Positions 38,661 through 52,300 of a stretch of 64,000 bases of DNA are shown piece after piece. Every line of letters starts with the position of its first letter. The stretch's first letter is position 1. The DNA is from Auanema rhodensis (taxonomy: Eukaryota; Animalia; Nematoda): assembly GCA_964057225.1 (NCBI GenBank), contig OZ059895.1:12586001-12650000 (forward strand), in the 5' to 3' direction. The notes beneath the pieces are model-generated. The model saw nothing but the letters and a program-made list of their open reading frames with translations. It was not told the origin of the DNA and ran no database searches. The position numbers were made by a program, and so were the translations under genes.

Positions 38661-40049
38661 CATTACACAAGAGGATAGTGAAAAATTTTATAATCATTAT
38701 CTACCCCTTATCAGTACTCCCGGAACACGACCTTTTGCAACCACAATTAGAAGCACTTCGACCCCCCTACAAACTACTACTACAACCACTACCACGACCC
38801 CTAAGCCTACAACCATAAGGAACGTCATCACTTCGACAATCACACCCAAAACACATATATCCACAACAACTAGACCCAAACCAACAATACCCACGTCTTC
38901 ATCAACTACTACTACTACTACCACTACTACTACTACTACTTCTACTACTGCTAGACCCAGATCAACAACAACCACAACACCTACAACAACCACAACTATA
39001 TTCACCACTCATCGACCAACACAATCATTCTCCACCCCCCAATCTACATTCAATATTACTACAAACCCAATCACGATCACCTCAAGCCAGGAATACAATA
39101 GGAAAGAATCACTCACCAAGTCACCGCCTCCAAGAACTACAAAAAGATCTATCACTACCACTCGCAGCACACCTGAAGAAATATCATCACATATTGGTAA
39201 GAAAGCCCACGTAGACTACCTTAAAGCTAAGAACGATATTGTCCAAAAATGGAATGAACATCTTCATCAACAAGAAACGCAATCTCATCTACAATATGCC
39301 ACTACCAATCTGGAAGATGATATCATACGTACGTTCACAACAAACAGAAACAACATCTGCCACGTACAAAATTAACAACTACTTACCTGGTGGGCTATTC
39401 TTCAAATAAATCCTACTATAGGGATGCGTACAATGCTACGACGACAGGATATATCTGCAAGATTCATAAATGATAAACTAATTTATGTAATGCCATGCAC
39501 ACCAATTCAAATTACAAAAACATACCGTGATCACAAAGTCAACAGCACGTGTTTTCTGGAAACCCCAGTCGAAACGGAACATCACGGCCAACTGTTCATC
39601 CTACCTGGTACAAGAGACCTCACACCGATGGCACATGCCATACCATGCGGACTCACAATCAAGGATCCCTGGAAAGAAAACGATCAATGGACTAATAATA
39701 ACCAATCAATAAATGTAACATCACCAGCATACATCGACGAGTTAGGATCAATCAACCTAGAACATATCAAGTTTAATGGAAGCAACATTTTCAACAACCT
39801 AACAGAATCAACGTTTCCTATGGCACTAGCAATATCATATGGATCCAGCTTAGCAACGCTACAGGCTACTTTACCAGGAAGAATAAAACCTGTAATCAAA
39901 CAAAGATTAATTCCTAACATGAACCCTGTTACCCTAACAGCAGGAGCAGCCAGCAGCTTACTACTCAGCTACGAACATACAAAAGAAGCTATAACTTGGA
40001 AAATGTTTGACTTTCTGTCACCAATATGGGAAAAGATTCAAACCTGGAC
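38611..40049 (+). pseudogene. Env C-terminal part (mucin-like Thr stalk plus gB-like helix and beta domain); frameshifted, with an in-frame stop, truncated
   Basis: +1 frame relative to the gag ORF. TAA at 39373-39375 interrupts ICHVQN*QLLTWWAILQINPTIGMRTMLRRQDISARF, which aligns with element B ICKSQMETVKSWQAILRIHPTIGVRAMLQRDDIVARF. The ORF at 39424 is in the same frame. Confidence 0.8.
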
Positions 40050-40265
40050 ACAACGGATGCTCCATTCAAACTATCATTTTCTAAATAAAGCCAAGCCACC
40101 TGATTTAATAGGAAGACTTTCTTATTTGTTTGCTGACGATATTTGTTGTCACAATAATTGACGATATTTGTTGTCACAATAATAATTTATTATTCATTTG
40201 TTGATGTTATTTATTCTCACAATAGTTTCTTTGTTTATGTAAGAGTATTCTTGGAAAAACCCTGT

Positions 40266-40347
40266 GATCAGGTGGCCGAGTGGTTAAGGCGATGGACTGC
40301 TAATCCATTGGGGTTTCCCCGCGTGAGTTCGAATCTCATCCTGATCG
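40266..40347 (+). tRNA. tRNA-Ser(GCT), first of 56 copies
   Basis: GATCAGG/CCTGATC acceptor stem, TGGCCGAGTGG A box, ATGGA-CTGCTAA-TCCAT anticodon arm, GGGG-TTT-CCCC long variable arm, GTTCGAATC B box, G discriminator. Confidence 0.97.
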
Positions 40348-43300
40348 TTAGTTTTGTTTTTTATGACAACGGATGCTCCATTCAAACTATCATTTTCTAA
40401 ATAAAGCCAAGCCACCTGATTTAACAGGAAGACTTTCTTATTTGTTTGTTGACGATATTTGTTGTCACAATAATTTCTTTGTTTAAGTAAGAGTATTCTT
40501 GGAAAAACCCTGTGATCAGGTGGCCGAGTGGTTAAGGCGATGGACTGCTAATCCATTGGGGTTTCCCCGCGTGAGTTCGAATCTCATCCTGATCGTTAGT
40601 TTTGTTTTTTATGACAACGGATGCTCCATTCAAACTATCATTTTCTAAATAAAGCCAAGCCACCTGATTTAATAGGAAGACTATATTATTCATTTGTTGA
40701 CGTTATTTATTCTCACAATAATTTCTTTGTTTATGTAAGAGTATTCTTGGAAAAACCCTGTGATCAGGTGGATGAGTGGTTAAGGCGATGGACTGCTAAT
40801 CCATTGGGGTTTCCCCGCGTGAGTTCGAATCTCATCCTGATCGTTAGCTTTGTTTTTTATGACAACGGATGCTCCATTCAAACTATCATTTTCTAAATAA
40901 AGCCAAGCCACCTGATTTAATAGGAAGACTATATTATTCATTTGTTGACGTTATTTATTCTCACAATAATTTCTTTGTTTATGTAAGAGTATTCTTAGAA
41001 AAACCCTGTGATCAGGTGGCCGAGTGGTTAAGGCGATGGACTGCTAATCCATTGGGGTTTCCCCGCGTGAGTTCGAATCTCATCCTGATCGTTAGTTTTG
41101 TTTTTTATGACAACGGATGCTCCATTCAAACTATCATTTTCTAAATAAAGCCAAGCCACCTGATTTAATAAGAAGACTATATTATTCATTTGTTGACGTT
41201 ATTTGTTCTCACAATAATTTCTTTGTTTATGTAAGAGTATTCCTGGAAAAACCCAGTGATCAGGTGGCCGAGTGGTTAAGGCGATGGACTGCTAATCCAT
41301 TGGGGTTTCCCCGCGTGAGTTCGAATCTCATTCTGATCGTTAGTTTTGTTTTTTATGACAACGGATGCTCCATTCAAACTATCATTTTCTAAATAAAGCC
41401 AAGCCACCTGATTTAATAAGAAGACTATATTATTCATTTGTTGACGTTATTTGTTCTCACAATAATTTCTTTGTTTATGTAAGAGTATTCTTAGAAAAAC
41501 CCTGTGATCAGGTGGCCGAGTGGTTAAGGCGATGGACTGCTAATCCATTGGGGTTTCCCCGCGTCAGTTCGAATCTCATCCTGATCGTTAGTTTTGTTTT
41601 TTATGACAACGGATGCTCCATTCAAACTATCATTTTCTAAATAAAGCCAAGCCACCTGATTTAATAGGAAGACTATATTATTCATTTGTTGACGTTATTT
41701 ATTTTCACAATAATTTCTTTGTTTATGTAAGAGTATTCTTGGAAAAACCCTGTGATCAGGTGGCCGAGTGGTTAAGGCGATGGACTGCTAATCCATTGGG
41801 GTTTCCCCGCGTGAGTTCGAATCTCATCCTGATCGTTAGTTTTGTTTTTTATGACAACGGATGCTCCATTCAAACTATCATTTTCTAAATAAAGCCAAGC
41901 CACCTGATTTAATAAGAAGACTATATTATTCATTTGTTGACGTTATTTGTTCTCACAATAATTTCTTTGTTTATGTAAGAGTATTCCTGGAAAAACCCAG
42001 TGATCAGGTGGCCGAGTGGTTAAGGCGATGGACTGCTAATCCATTGGGGTTTCCCCGCGTGAGTTCGAATCTCATCCTGATCGTTAGTTTTGTTTTTTAT
42101 GACAACGGATGCTCCATTCAAACTATCATTTTCTAAATAAAGCCAAGCCACCTGATTTAATAGGAAGACTATATTATTCATTTGTTGATGTTATTTATTC
42201 TCACAATAGTTTCTTTGTTTTGTAAGAGTATTCTTGGAAAAACCCTGTGATCAGGTGGCCGAGTGGTTAAGGCGATGGACTGCTAATCCATTGGGGTTTC
42301 CCCGCGTGAATTCGAATCTCATCCTGATCGTTAGTTTTGTTTTTTATGACAACGGATGCTCCATTCAAACTATCATTTTCTAAATGAAGCCAAGCCACCT
42401 GATTTAACAGGAAGACTTTCTTATTTGTTTGTTGACGATATTTGTTGTCACAATAATTTCTTTGTTTAAGTAAGAGTATTCTTGGAAAAACCCTGTGATC
42501 AGGTGGCCGAGTGGTTAAGGCGATGGACTGCTAATCCATTGGGGTTTCCCCGCGTGAGTTCGAATCTCATCCTGATCGTTAGTTTTGTTTTTTATGACAA
42601 CGGATGCTCCATTCAAACTATCATTTTCTAAATAAAGCCAAGCCACCTGATTTAATAGGAAGACTATATTATTCATTTGTTGACGTTATTTATTCTCACA
42701 ATAATTTCTTTGTTTATGTAAGAGTATTCTTGGAAAAACCCTGTGATCAGGTGGCCGAGTGGTTAAGGCGATGGACTGCTAATCCATTGGGGTTTCCCCG
42801 CGTGAGTTCGAATCTCATCCTGATCGTTAGTTTTGTTTTTTATGACAACGGATGCTCCATTCAAACTATCATTTTCTAAATAAAGCCAAGCCACCTGATT
42901 TAATAGGAAGACTATATTATTCATTTGTTGATGTTATTTATTCTCACAATAGTTTCTTTGTTTATGTAAGAGTATTCTTGGAAAAACCCTGTGATCAGGT
43001 GGCCGAGTGGTTAAGGCGATGGACTGCTAATCCATTGGGGTTTCCCCGCGTGAGTTCGAATCTCATCCTGATCGTTAGTTTTGTTTTTTATCACATCGGA
43101 TGCTCCATTCAAACTATCATTTTCTAAATAAAGCCAAGCCACCTGATTTAATAGAAAGACTTTATTATTCATTTGTTGACGTTATTTATTCTCACAATAA
43201 TTTCTTTGTTTAAGTAAGAGTATTCTTGGAAAAACCCTGTGATCAGGTGGCCGAGTGGTTAAGGCGATGGACTGCTAATCCATTGAGGTTTCCCCGCGTG

Positions 43301-46300
43301 AGTTCGAATCTCATCCTGATCGTTAGTTTTGTTTTTTATCACAACGGACGCTCCATTCAAACTATCATTTTCTAAATAAAGCCAAGCCACCTGATTCAAT
43401 AGAAAGACTTTATTATTCATTTGTTGACGTTATTTATTCTCACAATAATTTCTTTGTTTAAGTAAGAGTATTCTTGGAAAAACCCTGTGATCAGGTGGCC
43501 GAGTGGTTAAGGCGATAGACTGCTAATCCATTGGGGTTTCCCCGCGTGAGTTCGAATCTCATCCTGATCGTTAGTTTTGTTTTTTATGACAACGGATGCT
43601 CCATTCAAACTATCATTTTCTAAATAAAGCCAAGCCACCTGATTTAATAGGAAGACTATATTATTCATTTGTTGACGTTATTTATTCTCACAATAATTTC
43701 TTAGTTTATGTAAGAGTATTCTTGGAAAAACCCTGTGATCAGGTGGCCAAGTGGTTAAGGCGATGGACTGCTAATCCATTGCGGTTTCCCCGCGTGAGTT
43801 CGAATCTCATCCTGATCGTTAGTTTTGTTTTTTATGACAACGGATGCTCCATTCAAACTATCATTTTCTAAATAAAGCCAAGCCACCTGATTTAACAGGA
43901 AGACTTTCTTATTTGTTTGTTGACGATATTTGTTGTCACAATAATTTCTTTGTTTATGTAAGAGTATTCTTGGAAAAACCCTGTGATCAGGTGGCCGAGT
44001 GGTTAAGGCGATGGACTGCTAATCCATTGGGGTTTCCCCGCGTGAGTTCGAATCTCATCCTGATCGTTAGTTTTGTTTTTTATGACAACGGATGCTCCAT
44101 TCAAACTATCATTTTCTAAATAAAGCCAAGCCACCTGATTTAATAGGAAGACTATATTATTCATTTGTTGATGTTATTTATTCTCACAATAGTTTCTTTG
44201 TTTATGTAAGAGTATTCTTGGAAAAACCCTGTGATCAGGTGGCCGAGTGGTTAAGGCGATGGACTGCTAATCCATTGGGGTTTCCCCGCGTGAGTTCGAA
44301 TCTCATCCTGATCGTTAGTTTTGTTTTTTATCACATCGGATGCTCCATTCAAACTATCATTTTCTAAATAAAGCCAAGCCACCTGATTTAATAGAAAGAC
44401 TTTATTATTCATTTGTTGACGTTATTTATTCTCACAATAATTTCTTTGTTTAAGTAAGAGTATTCTTGGAAAAACCCTGTGATCAGGTGGCCGAGTGGTT
44501 AAGGCGATGGACTGCTAATCCATTGAGGTTTCCCCGCGTGAGTTCGAATCTCATCCTGATCGTTAGTTTTGTTTTTTATGACAACGGATGCTCCATTCAA
44601 ACTATCATTTTCTAAATAAAGCCAAGCCACCTGATTCAATAGAAAGACTTTATTATTCATTTGTTGACGTTATTTATTCTCACAATAATTTCTTTGTTTA
44701 AGTAAGAGTATTCTTGGAAAAACCCTGTGATCAGGTGGCCGAGTGGTTAAGGCGATAGACTGCTAATCCATTGGGGTTTCCCCGCGTGAGTTCGAATCTC
44801 ATCCTGATCGTTAGTTTTGTTTTTTATGACAACGGATGCTCCATTCAAACTATCATTTTCTAAATAAAGCCAAGCCACCTGATTTAATAGGAAGACTATA
44901 TTATTCATTTGTTGACGTTATTTATTCTCACAATAATTTCTTAGTTTATGTAAGAGTATTCTTGGAAAAACCCTGTGATCAGGTGGCCAAGTGGTTAAGG
45001 CGATGGACTGCTAATCCATTGCGGTTTCCCCGCGTGAGTTCGAATCTCATCCTGATCGTTAGTTTTGTTTTTTATGACAACGGATGCTCCATTCAAACTA
45101 TCATTTTCTAAATAAAGCCAAGCCACCTGATTTAACAGGAAGACTTTCTTATTTGTTTGTTGACGATATTTGTTGTCACAATAATTTCTTTGTTTAAGTA
45201 AGAGTATTCTTGGAAAAACCCTTTGATCAGGTGGCCGAGTGGTTAAGGCGATGGACTGCTAATCCATTGGGGTTTCCCCGCGTGAGTTCGAATCTCATCC
45301 TGATCGTTAGTTTTGTTTTTTATGACAACGGATGCTCCATTCAAACTATCATTTTCTAAATAAAGCCAAGCCACCTGATTTAATAGGAAGAATTTATTAT
45401 TTTTTTGTTGAAATTGTTTATTCTCACAATAATTTCTTTGTTTAAGTAAGAGTATTCTTGGAAAAACCCTGTGATCAGGTGGCCGAGTGGTTAAGGCGAT
45501 AGACTGCTAATCCATTGGGGTTTCCCCGCGTGAGTTCGAATCTCATCCTGATCGTTAGTTTTGTTTTTTATGACAACGGATGCTCCATTCAAACTATCAT
45601 TTTCTAAATAAAGCCAAGCCACCTGATTTAATAGGAAGACTATATTATTCATTTGTTGACGTTATTTATTCTCACAATAATTTCTTAGTTTATGTAAGAG
45701 TATTCTTGGAAAAACCCTGTGATCAGGTGGCCAAGTGGTTAAGGCGATGGACTGCTAATCCATTGCGGTTTCCCCGCGTGAGTTCGAATCTCATCCTGAT
45801 CGTTAGTTTTGTTTTTTATGACAACGGATGCTCCATTCAAACTATCATTTTCTAAATAAAGCCAAGCCACCTGATTTAACAGGAAGACTTTCTTATTTGT
45901 TTGTTGACGATATTTGTTGTCACAATAATTTCTTTGTTTAAGTAAGAGTATTCTTGGAAAAACCCTTTGATCAGGTGGCCGAGTGGTTAAGGCGATGGAC
46001 TGCTAATCCATTGGGGTTTCCCCGCGTGAGTTCGAATCTCATCCTGATCGTTAGTTTTGTTTTTTATGACAACGGATGCTCCATTCAAACTATCATTTTC
46101 TAAATAAAGCCAAGCCACCTGATTTAATAGGAAGAATTTATTATTTTTTTGTTGAAATTGTTTATTCTCACAATAATTTCTTTGTTTAAGTAAGAGTATT
46201 CTTGGAAAAACCCTGTGATCAGGTGGCCGAGTGGTTAAGGCGATGGACTGCTAATCCATTGGGGTTTCCCCGCGTGAGTTCTAATCCCATCCTGATCGTT

Positions 46301-49300
46301 AGTTTTGTTTTTTATGACAACGGATGCTCTATTCAAACTATCATTTTCTAAATAAAGCCAAGCCACCTGATTTAACAGGAAGACTTTCTTATTTGTTTGT
46401 TGACGATATTTGTTGTCACAATAATTTCTTTGTTTAAGTAAGAGTATTCTTGGAAAAACCCTGTGATCAGGTGGCCGAGTGGTTAAGGCGATGGACTGCT
46501 AATCCATTGGGGTTTCCCCGCGTGAGTTCGAATCTCATCCTGATCGTTAGTTTTGTTTTTTATGACAACGGATGCTCCATTCAAACTATCATTTTCTAAA
46601 TAAAGCCAAGCCACCTGATTTAATAGGAAGACTTTATTATTCATTTGTTGACGTTATTTATTCTCACAATAATTTCTTTGTTTAAGTAAGAGTATTCTTG
46701 GAAAAACCCTGTGATCAGGTGGCCGAGTGGTTAAGGCGATGGACTGCTAATCCATTGGGGTTTCCCCGCGTGAGTTCGAATCTCATCCTGATCGTTAATT
46801 TTGTTTTTTATCACAACGGACGCTCCATTCAAACTATCATTTTCTAAATAAAGCCAAGCCACCTGATTTAATAGGAAGACTATATTATTCATTTGTTGAC
46901 GTTATTTATTCTCACAATAATTTCTTTGTTTATGTAAGAGTATTCTTGGAAAAACCCTGTGATCAGGTGGCCGAGTGGTTAAGGCGATAGACTGCTAATC
47001 CATTGGGGTTTCCCCGCGTGAGTTCGAATCTCATCCTGATCGTTAGTTTTGTTTTTTATGACAACGGATGCTCCATTCAAACTATCATTTTCTAAATAAA
47101 GCCAAGCCACCTGATTTAATAGGAAGACTATATTATTCATTTGTTGATGTTATTTATTCTCACAATAGTTTCTTTGTTTATGTAAGAGTATTCTTGGAAA
47201 AACCCTGTGATCAGGTGGCCGAGTGGTTAAGGCGATGGACTGCTAATCCATTGGGGTTTCCCCGCGTGAGTTCGAATCTCATCCTGATCGTTAGTTTTGT
47301 TTTTTATGACAACGGATGCTCCATTCAAACTATCATTTTCTAAATAAAGCCAAGCCACCTGATTTAATAGGAAGACTATATTATTCATTTGTTGATGTTA
47401 TTTATTCTCACAATAGTTTCTTTGTTTATGTAAGAGTATTCTTGGAAAAACCCTGTGATCAGGTGGCCGAGTGGTTAAGGCGATGGACTGCTAATCCATT
47501 GGGGTTTCCCCGCGTGAGTTCGAATCTCATCCTGATCGTTAGTTTTGTTTTTTATCACATCGGATGCTCCATTCAAACTATCATTTTCTAAATAACGCCA
47601 AGCCACCTGATTTAATAGAAAGATTTTATTATTCATTTGTTGACGTTATTTATTCTCACAATAATTTCTTTGTTTAAGTAAGAGTATTCTTGGAAAAACC
47701 CTGTGATCAGGTGGCCGAGTGGTTAAGGCGATGGACTGCTAATCCATTGGGGTTTCCCCGCGTGAGTTCGAATCTCATCCTGATCGTTAATTTTGTTTTT
47801 TATCACAACGGAGGCTCCATTCAAACTATCATTTTCTAAATAAAGCCAAGCCACCTGATTTAATAGGAAGACTTTATTATTCATTTGTTGACGTTATTTA
47901 TTCTCACAATAATTTCTTTGTTTAAGTAAGAGTATTCTTGGAAAAACCCTGTGATCAGGTGGCCGAGTGGTTAAGGCGATGGACTGCTAATCCATTGGGG
48001 TTTCCCCGCGTGAGTTCGAATCTCATCCTGATCGTTAGTTTTGTTTTTTATGACAACGGATGCTCCATTCAAACTATCATTTTCTAAATAAAGCCAAGCC
48101 ACCTGATTTAATAGGAAGACTTTATTATTCATTTGTTGACGTTATTTATTCTCACAATAATTTCTTTGTTTAAGTAAGAGTATTCTTGGAAAAACCCTGT
48201 GATCAGGTGGCCGAGTGGTTAAGGCGATGGACTGCTAATCCATTGGGGTTTCCCCGCGTGAGTTCGAATCTCATCCTGATCGTTAATTTTGTTTTTTATC
48301 ACAACGGACGCTCCATTCAAACTATCATTTTCTAAATAAAGCCAAGCCACCTGATTTAATAGGAAGACTATATTATTCATTTGTTGACGTTATTTATTCT
48401 CACAATAATTTCTTTGTTTATGTAAGAGTATTCTTGGAAAAACCCTGTGATCAGGTGGCCGAGTGGTTAAGGCGATAGACTGCTAATCCATTGGGGTTTC
48501 CCCGCGTGAGTTCGAATCTCATCCTGATCGTTAGTTTTGTTTTTTATGACAACGGATGCTCCATTCAAACTATCATTTTCTAAATAAAGCCAAGCCACCT
48601 GATTTAATAGGAAGACTATATTATTCATTTGTTGATGTTATTTATTCTCACAATAGTTTCTTTGTTTATGTAAGAGTATTCTTGGAAAAACCCTGTGATC
48701 AGGTGGCCGAGTGGTTAAGGCGATGGACTGCTAATCCATTGGGGTTTCCCCGCGTGAGTTCGAATCTCATCCTGATCGTTAGTTTTGTTTTTTATGACAA
48801 CGGATGCTCCATTCAAACTATCATTTTCTAAATAAAGCCAAGCCACCTGATTTAATAGGAAGACTATATTATTCATTTGTTGATGTTATTTATTCTCACA
48901 ATAGTTTCTTTGTTTATGTAAGAGTATTCTTGGAAAAACCCTGTGATCAGGTGGCCGAGTGGTTAAGGCGATGGACTGCTAATCCATTGGGGTTTCCCCG
49001 CGTGAGTTCGAATCTCATCCTGATCGTTAGTTTTGTTTTTTATCACATCGGATGCTCCATTCAAACTATCATTTTCTAAATAACGCCAAGCCACCTGATT
49101 TAATAGAAAGATTTTATTATTCATTTGTTGACGTTATTTATTCTCACAATAATTTCTTTGTTTAAGTAAGAGTATTCTTGGAAAAATCCTGTGATCAGGT
49201 GGCCGAGTGGTTAAGGCGATGGACTGCTAATCCATTGGGGTTTCCCCGCGTGAGTTCGAATCTCATCCTGATCGTTAATTTTGTTTTTTATCACAACGGA

Positions 49301-52300
49301 GGCTCCATTCAAACTATCCTTTTCTAAATAAAGCCAAGCCACCTGATTCAATAGAAAGACTTTATTATTCATTTGTTGACGTTATTTATTCTCACAATAA
49401 TTTCTTTGTTTAAGTAAGAGTATTCTTGGAAAAACCCTGTGATCAGGTGGCCGAGTGGTTAAGGCGATAGACTGCTAATCCATTGGGGTTTCCCCGCGTG
49501 AGTTCGAATCTCATCCTGATCGTTAGTTTTGTTTTTTATGACAACGGATGCTCCATTCAAACTATCATTTTCTAAATAAAGCCAAGGAACCTGATTTAAT
49601 AGGAAGACTATATTATTCATTTGTTGACGTTATTTATTCTCACAATAATTTCTTTGTTTATGTAAGAGTATTCTTGGAAAAACCCTGTGATCAGGTGGCC
49701 GAGTGGTTGAGGCGATGGACTGCTAATCCATTGGGGTTTCCCCGCGTGAGTTCGAATCTCATCCTGATCGTTAGTTTTGTTTTTTATGACAACGGATGCT
49801 CCATTCAAACTATCATTTTCTAAATAAAACCAAGCCACCTGATTTAATAGGAAGACTATATTATTCATTTGTTGATGTTATTTATTCTCACAATAGTTTC
49901 TTTGTTTATGTAAGAGTATTCTTGGAAAAACCCTGTGATCAGGTGGCCGAGTGGTTAAGGCGATGGACTGCTAATCCATTGGGGTTTCCCCGCGTGAGTT
50001 CGAATCTCATCCTGATCGTTAGTCTTGTTTTTTATGACAACGGATGCTCCATTCAGACTATCATTTTCTAAATAAAGCCAAGCCACCTGATTTAATAGGA
50101 AGACTTTTTTATTTGTTTGTTGACGATATTTGTTGTCACAATAATTTCTTTGTTTAAGTAAGAGTATTCTTGGAAAAACCTTTTGATCAGGTGGCCGAGT
50201 GGTTAAGGCGATGGACTGCTAATCCATTGGGGTTTCCCCGCGTGAGTTCGAATCTCATCCTGATCGTTAGTTTTGTTTTTTATGACAACGGATGCTCCAT
50301 TCAAACTATCATTTTCTAAATAAAGCCAAGCCACCTGATTTAATAGGAAGAATTTATTATTTATTTGTTGAAATTGTTTATTCTCACAATAATTTCTTTG
50401 TTTAAGTAAGAGTATTCTTGGAAAAACCCTGTGATCAGGTGGCCGAGTGGTTAAGGCGATGGACTGCTAATCCATTGGGGTTTCCCCGCGTGAGTTCGAA
50501 TCTCATCCTGATCGTTAGTTTTGTTTTTTATGACAACGGATGCTCCATTCAAACTATCATTTTCTAAATAAAGCCAAGCCACCTGATTCAATAGAAAGAC
50601 TATATTATTCATTTGTTGACGTTATTTATTCTCACAATAATTTCTTTGTTTAAGTAAGAGTATTTTTTGAAAAACCCTGTGATCAGGTGGCCGAGTGGTT
50701 AAGGCGATGGACTGCTAATCCATTGGGGTTTCCCCGCGTGAGTTCGAATCTCATCCTGATCGTTAGTTTTGTTTTTTATGACAACGGATGCTCCATTCAA
50801 ACTATCATTTTCTAAATAAAGCCAAGCCACCCGATTTAATAGGAAGAATTTATTTTTTATTTGTTGAAATTATTTATTCTCACAATAATTTCTTTGTTTA
50901 AGTAAGAGTATTCTTGGAAAACCCTGTGATCAGGTGGCCGAGTGGTTAAGGCGATGGACTGCTAATCCATTGGGGTTTCCCCGCGTGAGTTCGAATCTCA
51001 TCCTGATCGTTAATTTTGTTTTTTATGACAACGGATGCTCCATTCAAACTATCATTTTCTAAATAAAGCCAAGCCACCTGATTTAATAGGAAGACTTTTT
51101 TATTTGTTTGTTGACGATATTTGTTGTCACAATAATTTCTTTGTTTAAGTAAGAGTATTCTTGGAAAAACCCTGTGATCAGGTGGCCGAGTGGTTAAGGC
51201 GATGAACTGCTAATCCATTGGGGTTTCCCCGCGTGAGTTCGAATCTCATCCTGATCGTTAATTTTGTTTTTTATCACAACGGAGGCTCCATTCAAACTAT
51301 CCTTTTCTAAATAAAGCCAAGCCACCTGATTTAATAAAAAGATTTTATTATTCATTTGTTGACGTTATTTATTCTCACAATAATTTCTTTGTTTAAGTAA
51401 GAGTATTCTTGGAAAAACCCTGTGATCAGGTGGCCGAGTGGTTAAGGCGATGGACTGCTAATCCATTGGGGTTTCCCCGCGTGAGTTCGAATCTCATCCT
51501 GATCGTTAGTTTTGTTTTTTATGACAACGGATGCTCCATTCAAACTATCATTTTCTAAATAAAGCCAAGCCACCCGATTTAATAGGAAGAATTTATTTTT
51601 TATTTGTTGAAATTATTTATTCTCACAATAATTTCTTTGTTTAAGTAAGAGTATTCTTGGAAAACCCTGTGATCAGGTGGCCGAGTGGTTAAGGCGATGG
51701 ACTGCTAATCCATTGGGGTTTCCCCGCGTGAGTTCGAATCTCATCCTGATCGTTAATTTTGTTTTTTATGACAACGGATGCTCCATTCAAACTATCATTT
51801 TCTAAATAAAGCCAAGCCACCTGATTTAATAGGAAGACTTTTTTATTTGTTTGTTGACGATATTTGTTGTCACAATAATTTCTTTGTTTAAGTAAGAGTA
51901 TTCTTGGAAAAACCCTGTGATCAGGTGGCCGAGTGGTTAAGGCGATGAACTGCTAATCCATTGGGGTTTCCCCGCGTGAGTTCGAATCTCATCCTGATCG
52001 TTAATTTTGTTTTTTATCACAACGGAGGCTCCATTCAAACTATCCTTTTCTAAATAAAGCCAAGCCACCTGATTTAATAAAAAGATTTTATTATTCATTT
52101 GTTGACGTTATTTATTCTCACAATAATTTCTTTGTTTAAGTAAGAGTATTCTTGGAAAAACCCTGTGATCAGGTGGCCGAGTGGTTAAGGCGATGGACTG
52201 CTAATCCATTGGGGTTTCCCCGCGTGAGTTCGAATCTCATCCTGATCGTTAGTTTTGTTTTTTATCACATCGGATGCTCCATTCAAACTATCATTTTCTA

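Larger units (their letters stand above)
33772..40049 (+). mobile_element. LTR retroelement A (gag-env), 3'-truncated before the Env TM; pol and 3' LTR are missing
   Basis: Starts TGTTAC exactly where 5S spacer homology ends. Encodes a retrotransposon Gag fused to a Cys-rich glycoprotein that is homologous by eye to the Env of element B. Ends abruptly in the tRNA-Ser repeat (tgga|cacaacggatgc). Confidence 0.85.

Noticed and set aside
38697-39008. Val-rich minus-strand ORF and the other short ORFs overlapping gag, env and pol
   Set aside because: Shadow frames of the ACN-rich mucin region and of the long ORFs.
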